From: an uncultured Bacteroidota bacterium
Lineage (GTDB): Bacteria; Bacteroidota; Ignavibacteria; UBA10030; UBA6906
Direction of reading: 5' to 3'
Length of the DNA: 64,000 bases
NCBI GenBank assembly: GCA_963700635.1
Contig: CAVOYH010000004.1
Span: forward strand, 64,001 to 128,000
In this document: positions 21,359 through 31,159 of the stretch, piece by piece
Position numbering within the stretch: the stretch's first letter is position 1
Layout of the letters: every line of letters starts with the position of its first letter
Made by a program: the position numbers and the translations under genes
The notes under the pieces: generated by a model
The model's database searches: none
What the model saw: the letters and a program-made list of their open reading frames with translations, nothing else
What the model was told of the DNA's origin: nothing

Positions 21359-22192
21359 ATGAAAAAGGTGGTACTCGTACCGGAGGAAATCTCTCAGGAT
21401 GAGCCGACCTACCGGTTCGATTGTTCGATTGAGAATGATACGATGTTGATTTCCTTTGCCGTGTTTCCGGCCCCCGGGGGCAAATCTGCATTTGACTTCG
21501 TCCGGACAGTCTCACCGATCAAGGTCAAAAAACTTTTTCTCCGGGATCCGAACATGATGTGGTATCAGAAAGGGAGTCCGGGAATAGGCGATGATGTCCC
21601 TGGTGTGCTCACCTTTCTCAAGACGGCCATAACGAAAGAGCGAGTCCGCCGTGTGGTCACGATTGGCAATTCCGGCGGGGGCTATGCCGCAATCCTGTTT
21701 GGCGTGTTGCTCGGAGCTGATGAGATTCACGCCTTCAATCCGGTGACGCTGTTACGGGGGCCGGAGGACACGAGTGCGCCAGACCAGCTGGAGCTTCTGA
21801 AGCAGGAGAGGGGGTTGGACATTCCATACCTGGATCTAAGGGCAGTGCTTGACCGTCATCTTCAACCGGGGGCAAAAATCTACATTCACTACTCCCGGGG
21901 TGACAACCGGGATAGACGGCACGCGAAGTACCTGCGCCGCTTTCCGAATGTCCGGCTGTACGAGTATCCCTTCGTCACGCATCATGTTGCCCGGTTTTTT
22001 GCCGAGCGAGACATGCTCACGCCACTCCTGCACGCCGCGGCACTGGGTGATGGGCAGCAGTTAGAGGCCATCACGCGCAGGATGGTGAGGATCGCTGCAC
22101 CCCGGTATATCCCGGCACGTATAGTATGGTTTTTCGGAAAGGTCATTTGCCGTACAAGGAAATTGTTAGGGATACGCACACCGAAAGGGTAG
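21359..22192 (+). CDS. Alpha/beta-hydrolase-fold hypothetical protein
   Basis: Nucleophile elbow GNSGGG; no signal peptide. Confidence 0.6.
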   Translation: MKKVVLVPEEISQDEPTYRFDCSIENDTMLISFAVFPAPGGKSAFDFVRTVSPIKVKKLFLRDPNMMWYQKGSPGIGDDVPGVLTFLKTAITKERVRRVVTIGNSGGGYAAILFGVLLGADEIHAFNPVTLLRGPEDTSAPDQLELLKQERGLDIPYLDLRAVLDRHLQPGAKIYIHYSRGDNRDRRHAKYLRRFPNVRLYEYPFVTHHVARFFAERDMLTPLLHAAALGDGQQLEAITRRMVRIAAPRYIPARIVWFFGKVICRTRKLLGIRTPKG

Positions 22193-22198
22193 TCCATC

Positions 22199-24736
22199 GT
22201 GACTCGTTTCAGAAATTCTGTTCGTACTATTGTCCTCATCACGTTCGGATTGCTGGTGTTCGGCCCCCCGGCTTCACACGCCGGGATCCCCGACGCGAGC
22301 GTTTTTCGAGTAGTCGTTCTAGGCTCCTCGACTGCTGCGGGGGAAGCGGCGATGCCCCTGGACAGTTCCTGGGTGAACAAATACAAGAATCATCTCGGTA
22401 CGATCTTCCAATCCTATGAAGTTGTCAATCTCGCCGTGGGGGGATTTACGACATTTAAGGTTATGCCGAACGGGTACCAGCGTCCATCCCCATGGGATAC
22501 CGTTTCATCCCTTGCGGTGGACCCCAACCGGAACATCACGAAGGCTCTTTCTCTTAATCCCTCGCTGATCCTTATCAATCTCCCGACCAACGATTGTGCG
22601 ATCTGGATTCCTGTGGCACAGCAGCTTTCCAACTTTGACGCTCTCATTGGCGCCGCACAAAGCCAGGGTGTCCCCGTCTACCTCAGCACGACGCAGCCCC
22701 GGGGCTCGGTGCAATCGGTACGCACATTGCTCATTCAGATGCGTGATGCCATCAACATTCGTTATCCCGGGAAAGTGCTGGATTTCTGGACCGGCCTGGC
22801 CAATCCTGACGGAACGATTGCTCCTGCGTACAACGCCGACGGCACCCATTTTAACAACGGGGGGCATGCGGTTCTTTTTGAACGGGTACGATCAACCGTT
22901 CAGCTTAATGTTCCCGTCGCTGCAGCCCCAACCCCCCTGGGGTTTGGTAACCGCAAAGTCGGCATTCCGGCCGTTCTCCCCGTGACAATTACAAATTTCT
23001 CGGCCTCGACAATCCTGTTTAATACCATATCCACAGGGACCGCGAGGTTTACCTCAAATCGCGGCAGCGCCAGTGTGCCGCCCGGAGGAACAGCAGACGT
23101 GCTGGTGACCTTCACGGCGCCGGGACTCGGCACATTCAGGGATACGTTGTTTCTCTATAACAACTCATCCATCCAGCTCATGAAAGTCCCTTTGAGCGGA
23201 GTCGCCCCTGCTCCGGTCCTCCAGGCTGTCCCCGGGACGCTGAGTTTTGGAGATGTCGCAACCTCTTCTGGCAGGCAGCTGAGTCTCACGCTGCAAAACG
23301 ATGACCTCAATGCGGGAGTGGTCTCCTCGATAACAAGCAACTCGGGACTTTTTGTCGCGACCCCCGCAAGTGGCACCATCAATCCGTCCGAATCGTGGAA
23401 TGTAAACGTCACGTTCACACCCACGGCATTCGGGGTTGTCACCGACACACTCCGGATTAACGGATCAGTGTACGGGGGTACATTCAAAATACCGGTGAAC
23501 GGACGGTCGCCTGTGCCCGTGCTTGCGGTGACTCCGACAGAGCTGGACTTCGGCGACGTGCCTCTCACAATCCCCCGGACACTCCAGATAAGTCTCGGCA
23601 ACACAACGGTGAACACGCTCACGCTCGACGCCGCGGCGAATTCGAAGTCCGAGTTTTTCGTCGATCCGTCAAGCGGGTTCGTTCCCGCAAACGGATCCCT
23701 CCTGGTGTCCGTCACATTTGCACCCTCGGCATTCGGGACAGTCACTGATACGATACAGATCATCAGCAATGCGACGGTATCGCCCCTTCGTATACCCATC
23801 CGGGGCCGCTCACCCGTTCCCTCAGTATCACTCTCTCACACCTCTGTGGCATTCCCTGTGGTTGGGCAGGGAGATGGAACAACCCGTACAGTTTATCTTC
23901 GAAATACGGGAGTGAATCCACTCACCCTGCAGTCCTTTGTGGCCCGGACCACCCACTTTGCAGGTCTCACGCCAACCCCCGTGGTGGTGCCCGGGTCGGA
24001 CAGTCTGGCGCTCGTCATTCGTTTTGCTCCCCAGGCATCCGGAGACTTGCGGGACACGCTGACCATCGTCACTGACGGAGGGGATGCACAGGTGGCGGTG
24101 ACCGGTTCTTCACCGGTTTCGTACCTCCGGGTATCTCCTGCGCCGATGGACTTTGGCTCCGGAAAGGTCGGAACTACGGTCTGGCAGTCGTGTGTCCTGA
24201 AAGTCCAGAGCCCTGACCCGTTGTTTTCAATTGCCGTTGATTCTGTCCGCCTGCGCGGCGCCGGCTTTGTTGTCAATGATCCCGGGGGGAGAAGAATGCT
24301 GGGATGGGGCGATAGTCTGCAGCTTCTCGTGGGCTTTGCTCCGACACAGCACAGAGTGTTCGCGGACACTTTGCTGGTCTATAATAACAGCGCCCTGACT
24401 GTCACCCGTGTCCCCATTTCGGGCAGGGGAGACACATTCACCGAGATCGTGCCGGAGACTCAGGGTATCCCCGGGGCGCTCGTGCTGCATCAGAACTATC
24501 CCAATCCCTTTAATCCCACAACGGAGATATCGTACGCTCTCGCTGGTCCGGGCCGGTTGGTGTTACAGGTGTTTGATCTTCTGGGGCAGGATGTTGCCAC
24601 CCTGGTAGATGAATGGCAGGAGGCTGGAGTGTACCGAGTACGGTTTGCTGCGGCGGGGCTACCGAGCGGCATGTATGTCTACCGGCTCCGTGCGGGCGAG
24701 AGCGTGATCGTCCGCCGGATGCTGTTGCTGAGGTAA
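22199..24736 (+). CDS. Secreted SGNH/GDSL esterase with about five Ig-like (ASH/choice-of-anchor D-like) repeats and T9SS CTD
   Basis: Signal peptide; GSS block I, NLAVGG, PTND and DGTH catalytic blocks; repeated LxFG.V...TF.P...G...DTL units; QNYPNPFNP...SGMYVYRL tail. Confidence 0.85.
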   Translation: MTRFRNSVRTIVLITFGLLVFGPPASHAGIPDASVFRVVVLGSSTAAGEAAMPLDSSWVNKYKNHLGTIFQSYEVVNLAVGGFTTFKVMPNGYQRPSPWDTVSSLAVDPNRNITKALSLNPSLILINLPTNDCAIWIPVAQQLSNFDALIGAAQSQGVPVYLSTTQPRGSVQSVRTLLIQMRDAINIRYPGKVLDFWTGLANPDGTIAPAYNADGTHFNNGGHAVLFERVRSTVQLNVPVAAAPTPLGFGNRKVGIPAVLPVTITNFSASTILFNTISTGTARFTSNRGSASVPPGGTADVLVTFTAPGLGTFRDTLFLYNNSSIQLMKVPLSGVAPAPVLQAVPGTLSFGDVATSSGRQLSLTLQNDDLNAGVVSSITSNSGLFVATPASGTINPSESWNVNVTFTPTAFGVVTDTLRINGSVYGGTFKIPVNGRSPVPVLAVTPTELDFGDVPLTIPRTLQISLGNTTVNTLTLDAAANSKSEFFVDPSSGFVPANGSLLVSVTFAPSAFGTVTDTIQIISNATVSPLRIPIRGRSPVPSVSLSHTSVAFPVVGQGDGTTRTVYLRNTGVNPLTLQSFVARTTHFAGLTPTPVVVPGSDSLALVIRFAPQASGDLRDTLTIVTDGGDAQVAVTGSSPVSYLRVSPAPMDFGSGKVGTTVWQSCVLKVQSPDPLFSIAVDSVRLRGAGFVVNDPGGRRMLGWGDSLQLLVGFAPTQHRVFADTLLVYNNSALTVTRVPISGRGDTFTEIVPETQGIPGALVLHQNYPNPFNPTTEISYALAGPGRLVLQVFDLLGQDVATLVDEWQEAGVYRVRFAAAGLPSGMYVYRLRAGESVIVRRMLLLR

Positions 24737-24798
24737 GCACTTTTCGCACCTTCTCTCATCCGCCCCCCGGTCCGCAAATCGTGTCCGGCTGCCAATGC

Positions 24799-24827
24799 TT
24801 GTTTCTTCTTCCTGAGCGTAGTATCTT
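24799..24827 (+). promoter_or_regulatory. Possible sigma70-type promoter
   Basis: TTGTTT-17 bp-TATCTT upstream of the antiporter gene. Confidence 0.4.
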
Positions 24828-24922
24828 ATTTCCAGCGTGCGCCCGTCCGCAAGTGGGTGCCGGGCCGTCTCGTGCGTCCTTTTTCTCTTGCCTCACGCAG
24901 TACATAACACGAAGGACACTCT

Positions 24923-26206
24923 GTGGAATCCATGCCTGTCCTCATCTTCATCGGTCTTCTGGTGTTCTTTGCCCACCTCTTTGTTGCCCTTTTCGAGCGG
25001 ACGAAGATCCCGGATGTGCTGTATCTGATACTCATCGGTGTCGTGATCGGCCCCGTGCTTCAGGTCGTCACCCCGATGGATTTCGGGAAGGTGGGGCATG
25101 TGTTCACCACGATTGCCCTGGTGGTCATCCTGTTCGAGGGGGGGCTTGAGCTGAGCTACGAACATTTGCGCGTCTCGTTGCGCAGCACGCTGATTATCAC
25201 CATCGTAAGCTATTGTTCGGCATTCGTGCTGGTTGGTGCCGTTGCGATATGGCTGATGGAACTTCCGATTCTGCTTTCGATGTTCGTGGCTGCGGTCATC
25301 GCAGCTCCCGCCCCTGCGGTGGTGATCCCGCTGATCCGTCAATACCCGCTTGGACCATCAACACGGGTCGCGCTCACGCTGGAATCGCCCCTCGGAGAGG
25401 CCTTCGGTATTGTTGTTGCACTTGCCCTGCTTGACACAATTCGTTATGAATCAATCCAGGTCGGCCACATCATCGGCAAGTTGTTATCGTCGTTCCTCTT
25501 CGCTCTGGTGATAGGTGGTGCCGGTGGATTTTTATGGTCGGTGCTTCTCCACCGGATCCGCCAGCTTCGTCATGCGATATTCACGACGCCGGCATTTCTC
25601 CTGGTGCTTTTTGGAGTCACGGAGTTCCTTGGTTTCAGCGGCGCGGTGTCAGCGCTCACCTTCGGCTTCACGCTTGCAAACGCCGGGGCAAAGGAGATAC
25701 CCTGGCTTTCCAGGAAGTATAATCTTACTCCGATGCAGCACAATGAAACCGAGAGGGCCTTCTTTGGCGAGATCGTATTCCTGATCAAGACATTCTTCTT
25801 CGTCTATCTCGGCCTCTCGGCCACATTTGTGGATTTGTGGACGGTGGAGCTCGCGCTGGCTGTGACATTGGCGTTACTCATTGCGCGTGTGCTGGCGATC
25901 CGCGTTTCAGCCAGGAAGCGGGACACATCGCGCAGCGAAGCGCTGCTTATGGGCGTCATGATTCCGAAGGGAACTGCGGCTGCGGTGTTGGCGGCGATCC
26001 CCCTGCAAATGGGACTTGTGGGCGGCGATCAGATCCGGAATGTCATCTATGCCGTTGTCGTCCTGAGTATCGTCACGACGGCTTCACTGCTCTTCCTCGT
26101 GGAAAAGACGTTTGTCGCAAATATAGTCGGTCTTGCCTTCTCCGGATACCGCAGAGATGATGTACGCGAAAAAGCGGGGAACCGGAAGGCAGTCAAGCAG
26201 GAATAG
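24923..26206 (+). CDS. Cation:proton antiporter (CPA1/NhaP-like)
   Basis: About 12 TM segments; ILFEGGLEL, LTLES and MIPKGTAAAVLA motifs. Confidence 0.85.
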   Translation: MESMPVLIFIGLLVFFAHLFVALFERTKIPDVLYLILIGVVIGPVLQVVTPMDFGKVGHVFTTIALVVILFEGGLELSYEHLRVSLRSTLIITIVSYCSAFVLVGAVAIWLMELPILLSMFVAAVIAAPAPAVVIPLIRQYPLGPSTRVALTLESPLGEAFGIVVALALLDTIRYESIQVGHIIGKLLSSFLFALVIGGAGGFLWSVLLHRIRQLRHAIFTTPAFLLVLFGVTEFLGFSGAVSALTFGFTLANAGAKEIPWLSRKYNLTPMQHNETERAFFGEIVFLIKTFFFVYLGLSATFVDLWTVELALAVTLALLIARVLAIRVSARKRDTSRSEALLMGVMIPKGTAAAVLAAIPLQMGLVGGDQIRNVIYAVVVLSIVTTASLLFLVEKTFVANIVGLAFSGYRRDDVREKAGNRKAVKQE

Positions 26207-26459
26207 GAAACGCAGACGTCGGTTTTTTACCGGGCTGACTCTCCTGGTTCCCGCCGGTGTTCAGGTGGTGCCGGGGTCAGCTTAATGGCTCGGTTAGCTG
26301 CCGAGTCGCCGCATTGGACCCTGTTCCAGTTCCTCCGCTGTAGAGCCCGCTCTGACGACCCGTCGAAACCAATCCGAGCCTCAAAAAAACTCCACCACCG
26401 GAATGTCGATTCGGATGGCCCGTGGAGATCTCTGAACCCGAATAACCAGAGGAGCGGAC

Positions 26460-27506
26460 ATGACACGACGAACTTTGTATCTTCTCGCCGGCATGTTGTG
26501 GATCACGCTTGCCGGTGCGTCACAGGCGCAGAACCTGCTCACCGAGGATTTCGAGTACCCCGTGAGCGACAGTCTGGAGGGAGTCAGTTCGTGGTCGGGG
26601 CACCGTTACACGAACAATGTCCGTGTTGTCTCTCCCGGATTGTCCTTTGCCGGATACGTCGGGTCCGACAGAGGAAACACCGCGTATCTTTCAAATGTCC
26701 CTGAGGGAGACCTCGTGACCCGCTGGTTTCCCGCGGTGAGTTCAGGCAGCATCTATCTCTCGCTCCTTTTGCTTGTGGACAGCCTCACACCAACGGCGAC
26801 GTCGGGATATGTTACAGCGCTTGACCAGTCAGGCGGAGCCACGAATCTTGGTGCACGCCTGACCATACGCAGGGTGTCTGCAACGACGTTTAATCTGGGC
26901 ATAACGAAGATAGCACCAGGAGCTGTGTACGGAGCGGCCACCTATGAAACCGGTACGACCTATCTGGTTGTCGTACGGTACACATGGCTGGCGGCCACCA
27001 CCACGGACGACACAGTGAAGCTGTTTGTTTCCGCATCAGGTGTTCCGGCTGCTGAACCGGAACCTGTCGCCGTCACTGGCGGGGGGAATGATGCCATTGA
27101 CGCCGGAGAGTTGTGTCTGAGTAATTCATTCGTTCAGTCGGGCCTTGCGGGTTCGCCCGTCCGGGTCGACGGGATGCGTCTCGGCACAACCTGGGTTGGA
27201 GCAGTGTTGAGCGATGTTCCTGAGGCGGGATTGCAGGTGCCGCGGTCGATCGTCCTGGAACAGAATTACCCAAATCCGTTCAATCCGGTCACGACAGTCC
27301 GATACGGGCTTCCCGGTGATTCGCGGGTGACACTCGAGGTGTTTGATGCCGTTGGCCGGCAGATCGCCGTGCTTGTCAACGGCGAGGTAGGACCGGGATA
27401 CCACCAGGTTGCTTTTGATGGAAAGAATCTCTCAAGCGGTGTCTACGTGTGCCGGCTGAAGGCGGGGACGGTCATTCAGACAAAGAGGCTCTTGTTGTTG
27501 AGGTAG
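26460..27506 (+). CDS. Secreted protein with T9SS type A sorting domain, function unknown
   Basis: GAGGAG RBS; signal peptide; QNYPNPFNP...SSGVYVCRL...KRLLLLR tail. Confidence 0.85.
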   Translation: MTRRTLYLLAGMLWITLAGASQAQNLLTEDFEYPVSDSLEGVSSWSGHRYTNNVRVVSPGLSFAGYVGSDRGNTAYLSNVPEGDLVTRWFPAVSSGSIYLSLLLLVDSLTPTATSGYVTALDQSGGATNLGARLTIRRVSATTFNLGITKIAPGAVYGAATYETGTTYLVVVRYTWLAATTTDDTVKLFVSASGVPAAEPEPVAVTGGGNDAIDAGELCLSNSFVQSGLAGSPVRVDGMRLGTTWVGAVLSDVPEAGLQVPRSIVLEQNYPNPFNPVTTVRYGLPGDSRVTLEVFDAVGRQIAVLVNGEVGPGYHQVAFDGKNLSSGVYVCRLKAGTVIQTKRLLLLR

Positions 27507-27558
27507 ATGTGCGAGGGCAAAACTCCGCATGTCGCTGCGGTAACCCGGAGTATCCAGA

Positions 27559-28293
27559 TCACGAATCGGCACGCTGCATGGGACCGGGCACATCCACGGA
27601 AAGTACTCCGTTGTGCAGGGTTGTCACACGATCGCAGAACGTATGCGCCGTGTGCTCATCGTGCGTGATAAAAAGGATCGAACATCCGTGTGTCTCCTGC
27701 AGGGATTTCACCAGCTGCAGAAGTTGTGCCGATGTCAGCACATCCAGCGCTGAGGTTGGTTCGTCCAGAATGAGAAGCCGTGGGGCAACCGAAAGCACCC
27801 TTGCCAGGGCGACTCGTTGGCGTTGGCCTCCGCTGAGAGCGTGCGGCAAACGACCAAGACACCCAGCGGGCATTCCGACTGAAGTGATCAGCCGTTCGGC
27901 CGTGGCGGCATAGCTGGCGGCTGGTTGTCTCTCCGGGTGTGCGCGTATTCCCTCAACAAGCGACTCCATGACGGTCATCGTCGGATCCAGAGAGGCACTC
28001 CCGCCCTGGAAGAGCATCTGAATCCCTACTCCCACAGCATCGCGGTTCTTCGTCTCAGGAAAGATATTCACTCCGTCGAATGTGATCACTCCCGAGTCAG
28101 GTCTCAACAATCCGGCAATACACTTTGCAAGTGTCGATTTGCCGCTCCCGCTCTCACCGAGCAGCGCGAGTGAGGTCCCGGCGTCAAGAGTGAAGGACAC
28201 ACCATTCAGCACCGGTTTCTTTCCCGATCTGAGCCGTGATACCGAGTCGAGGCGCAGCGAACAGAACAGACTCTTCACTTCCAGTAAAAGCAT
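27559..28293 (-). CDS. Oligopeptide/dipeptide ABC ATP-binding protein (OppF/DppF-like)
   Basis: GESGSGKS, LSGGQRQRVALAR, LDEPTSALD. Confidence 0.9.
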   Translation of the reverse strand: MLLLEVKSLFCSLRLDSVSRLRSGKKPVLNGVSFTLDAGTSLALLGESGSGKSTLAKCIAGLLRPDSGVITFDGVNIFPETKNRDAVGVGIQMLFQGGSASLDPTMTVMESLVEGIRAHPERQPAASYAATAERLITSVGMPAGCLGRLPHALSGGQRQRVALARVLSVAPRLLILDEPTSALDVLTSAQLLQLVKSLQETHGCSILFITHDEHTAHTFCDRVTTLHNGVLSVDVPGPMQRADS

Positions 28294-29237
28294 CGTATCT
28301 CTCTTCCATCGGATGTCTGCTCCAGTTCTGGTTCGGACTGATAACATCTCTCTTGCACTTCCGGACAATATGCACAGAACCTGCATCCATTCCCGGAAGC
28401 GGTTCTGGCGGCGCCGGGTGACGCCGGGCCCGTCGTCATCATCCCCTTCACCGGTCCTGGCCGTGCCCGGGCCAGCAGTTGGGAATAGGGATGCAACTGC
28501 CTCTTGAAGAAGGCCTCACAGGATGCTGACTCGACGATCCTTCCTGCGTACAGCACCAGAATCGTATCTCCCATGCGCCGCGCTACATCGATATCATGCG
28601 TGATCAACATCAACGACATACCCGTGTTGCGCTGGATCGACATCATCACATCGAGCAGCGAATCTCGCAATGAACTGTCAACGGCACTCGTAGGTTCATC
28701 GGCAACAAGCAGGGATGGAGATGGCAGAATTGCCATGGCAATGCAGACTCTCTGAGCCATCCCTATGCTCAACTGATGCGGGAAGAGGTTCAGCACGACA
28801 TCCGCGTCGAGACCCACCGAGCGGAGCGTCTCATGGCAGGCGGAGTCGTTCCCTGATGCCAGGCCACCTGAGAGCCGCAATTGAGTCCGGATATCGGCCA
28901 GCGGATTAAGTGACTGCAGAGGTTCCTGAAACACGTACCGGATCTTGTTCTGGCGAATGGGCGCGAGTTCGGCTTGATCAAGGGACAGCAACTCCCGTCC
29001 TTCAAAAATCACCGAGCCTTTAACGCTCATCGGGCGGGTTCGTGGGAACAACTTTGTGATCGAGCGGCTAAGAATGGTTTTGCCGCTGCCGCTTTCGCCG
29101 AGAAGGACCAGGACTTCATTGCGACAGAGAGTCAAGGAAACGTCGTGGATGATGTCTGTCGGGTCAGTCCGCGAGAAAACTGAAACGCAGAGATCCCGTA
29201 CGGTCAGAAGATGGGATGGTTCGATTGCAGGGTTCAT
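28275..29237 (-). CDS. Oligopeptide/dipeptide ABC ATP-binding protein (OppD/DppD-like)
   Basis: GESGSGKT, PHQLSIGMAQRV, ADEPTSA, HPY, and the Cys-rich C-terminal GCRF...C motif. Confidence 0.9.
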   Translation of the reverse strand: MNPAIEPSHLLTVRDLCVSVFSRTDPTDIIHDVSLTLCRNEVLVLLGESGSGKTILSRSITKLFPRTRPMSVKGSVIFEGRELLSLDQAELAPIRQNKIRYVFQEPLQSLNPLADIRTQLRLSGGLASGNDSACHETLRSVGLDADVVLNLFPHQLSIGMAQRVCIAMAILPSPSLLVADEPTSAVDSSLRDSLLDVMMSIQRNTGMSLMLITHDIDVARRMGDTILVLYAGRIVESASCEAFFKRQLHPYSQLLARARPGPVKGMMTTGPASPGAARTASGNGCRFCAYCPEVQERCYQSEPELEQTSDGREIRCFYWK

Positions 29238-29324
29238 GTGTCCGCAGTGAAACTACCGAAAATGTATTTCAAACTCAAACAGGTTTGCCGCGGGGGTCTT
29301 GTCCCCCCCCCTCCGCGGATTCTA

Positions 29325-29353
29325 TTGACAAACCCGCAAATCATGGGTATATT
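29325..29353 (+). promoter_or_regulatory. Sigma70-type promoter for oppA and probably the downstream signalling genes
   Basis: TTGACA-17 bp-TATATT, about 44 bp upstream of the ATG at 29397. Confidence 0.75.
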
Positions 29354-29396
29354 CACCAGCACAATTGCCTTCCGGAGACGCTGGAGAACCGTGCCG

Positions 29397-31100
29397 ATGA
29401 AAACACGAATTGTACTGCCGTGTATCGTGGCGATTACGCTGGCGTGCTGTGGCACACCGGAAGAGCGCACGTCGAGCCGGGCACAGCGCTCCATGGTTGT
29501 TGTTGCCATTGAAGGTGACATTGACACCTTTAATCCGCTCTTTGCCGAGGACATTACCGCAGGAGAAATCAATGACCTCTTCTTTCCCTCCCTGGTAAGG
29601 TCTGATTTCGACCCCGATTCGGGTCTACTGCGCTACTCACCCATGCTGGCTCGGTCGTGGGAGTACAGCAACCAACAGAGAGACATTACCTTTCATCTGC
29701 TTTCCAACGCCCGATGGGCTGATGGCACGCCCGTCACGGCCAGAGATGTTCAGCTCACGTTTGAGTTGTATGGCGATCCGGATGTTGCGAGCATCCGGCA
29801 GGCCTCCGTCGACAACCTGAGGCGGACCGACGGAAGTCTCGATATTACGAAGAGCGTCGTTCAGAAAGATGATACTACCGTCGTGTTTCACTTTTCCAGG
29901 GCATACTCCGGACAACTCTTCGATGCCGGACTTCCCATCCTGCCGGCTCACCTTCTGGAGAAGATACCCCGGAAAGATCTTCGATCAGCCCCCTTCAATC
30001 GATCTCCCGTCGGGTGCGGGCCATACGCGCTTGCCGCATGGACGCCATTGCAGGAGACAATCCTCGAGCCGAATCCGCACTCCGTTGTTCCGTATCCCGG
30101 GAAGCTTTCACGCCTGGTATTCCGCGTCATTCCTGATTACCGGACCCGGTTGGCCCAGCTTGGTTCGGGAGAAGTTGACCTGGTAGGGGGCGTAAGGCCG
30201 GACGATGCCGACAGGCTCTTGAGAGAGGTACCGTCAGTCAAAATAATCTCGATACCCGGCCGGGATTACGACTTTCTTGGCTGGAACAACGTGGATCCCG
30301 AGGCCTATGGGAAATCGAGAGGCAAAACCATACAACCGCACAGGCTCTTCGGAAAAAGTAACGTCCGGCGGGCACTCACCATGGCGGTGAATCGGGAGGA
30401 GTTTGTTGATGCCTATCTCGGCTCTCATGGCCGTGTTGCATTCGGCGGAGTTTCTCCGCTTTTCACATGGGCCTACAATGATCGCCTGCACCCGTTACCG
30501 TTTGACCCTCAACAGGCACGAGTGTTGTTGGAAAGGGAAGGGTGGAAGGATACCGACCACGATGGTGTGCTCGACAACAAGGGAGTTCGGTTTTCATTCG
30601 TACTCAAACTCCCTGCAGGCAACCAGCTCAGGAATGTCGTTGCCGCGGCAGTGCAGCAGCAGCTGAAAAACGTGAAGATCGAAATGAAGATTGAGCAGAT
30701 TGAACGGGGAACGTTCTGGCAGGAAGTCGCGACCAGAAAGTATGACGCATGGATGGCAGGCTTTAGCGTGCCCCTCCAGATGCAGCTGGATGAACTCTGG
30801 GGTTCCGATCTTGCAAAATATCCTTTTAATCTGACCGGATTCCAGAACGTGCGCGTGGACGAAATCCTCGCAACGGCGAGAACCCTTACGTCTGAGACCG
30901 ACGGCGCCGCCCTGTGGAAGGAATTTCAAGAGATCGTTCACGAAGAACAACCATGTACATTTCTCTTCTGGATCAATAACATCGTGGCGGTTAACGATCG
31001 TGTTCACGGCACACACATCGGCGTTCTTGGCACTGCTCATCACGCCTGGGAATGGCATGTGAATACCGGTGGAACGGTTGCCTCAGAAAACGTACGCTAA
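29397..31100 (+). CDS. Peptide ABC substrate-binding lipoprotein (SBP family 5, OppA/DppA-like)
   Basis: Lipobox-like TLACC; LARSWE, ARWADGTPVTARDV, PVGCGPY and VRRALTMAVNR motifs. Confidence 0.9.
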   Translation: MKTRIVLPCIVAITLACCGTPEERTSSRAQRSMVVVAIEGDIDTFNPLFAEDITAGEINDLFFPSLVRSDFDPDSGLLRYSPMLARSWEYSNQQRDITFHLLSNARWADGTPVTARDVQLTFELYGDPDVASIRQASVDNLRRTDGSLDITKSVVQKDDTTVVFHFSRAYSGQLFDAGLPILPAHLLEKIPRKDLRSAPFNRSPVGCGPYALAAWTPLQETILEPNPHSVVPYPGKLSRLVFRVIPDYRTRLAQLGSGEVDLVGGVRPDDADRLLREVPSVKIISIPGRDYDFLGWNNVDPEAYGKSRGKTIQPHRLFGKSNVRRALTMAVNREEFVDAYLGSHGRVAFGGVSPLFTWAYNDRLHPLPFDPQQARVLLEREGWKDTDHDGVLDNKGVRFSFVLKLPAGNQLRNVVAAAVQQQLKNVKIEMKIEQIERGTFWQEVATRKYDAWMAGFSVPLQMQLDELWGSDLAKYPFNLTGFQNVRVDEILATARTLTSETDGAALWKEFQEIVHEEQPCTFLFWINNIVAVNDRVHGTHIGVLGTAHHAWEWHVNTGGTVASENVR

Positions 31101-31159
31101 CAAGTGTGCGCGCATCAAAAGGTCTGGAACAACATGTTCTATAGCCCCCGGATGGTGAC

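Noticed and set aside
26350-26382. Minus-strand GGTTTCGACGGG resembling a tmRNA 5' end, and a possible 6S RNA in the same gap
   Set aside because: Only about 170 nt are available, with no T-arm/CCA 3' end or tag ORF; I could not build the long 6S hairpin.
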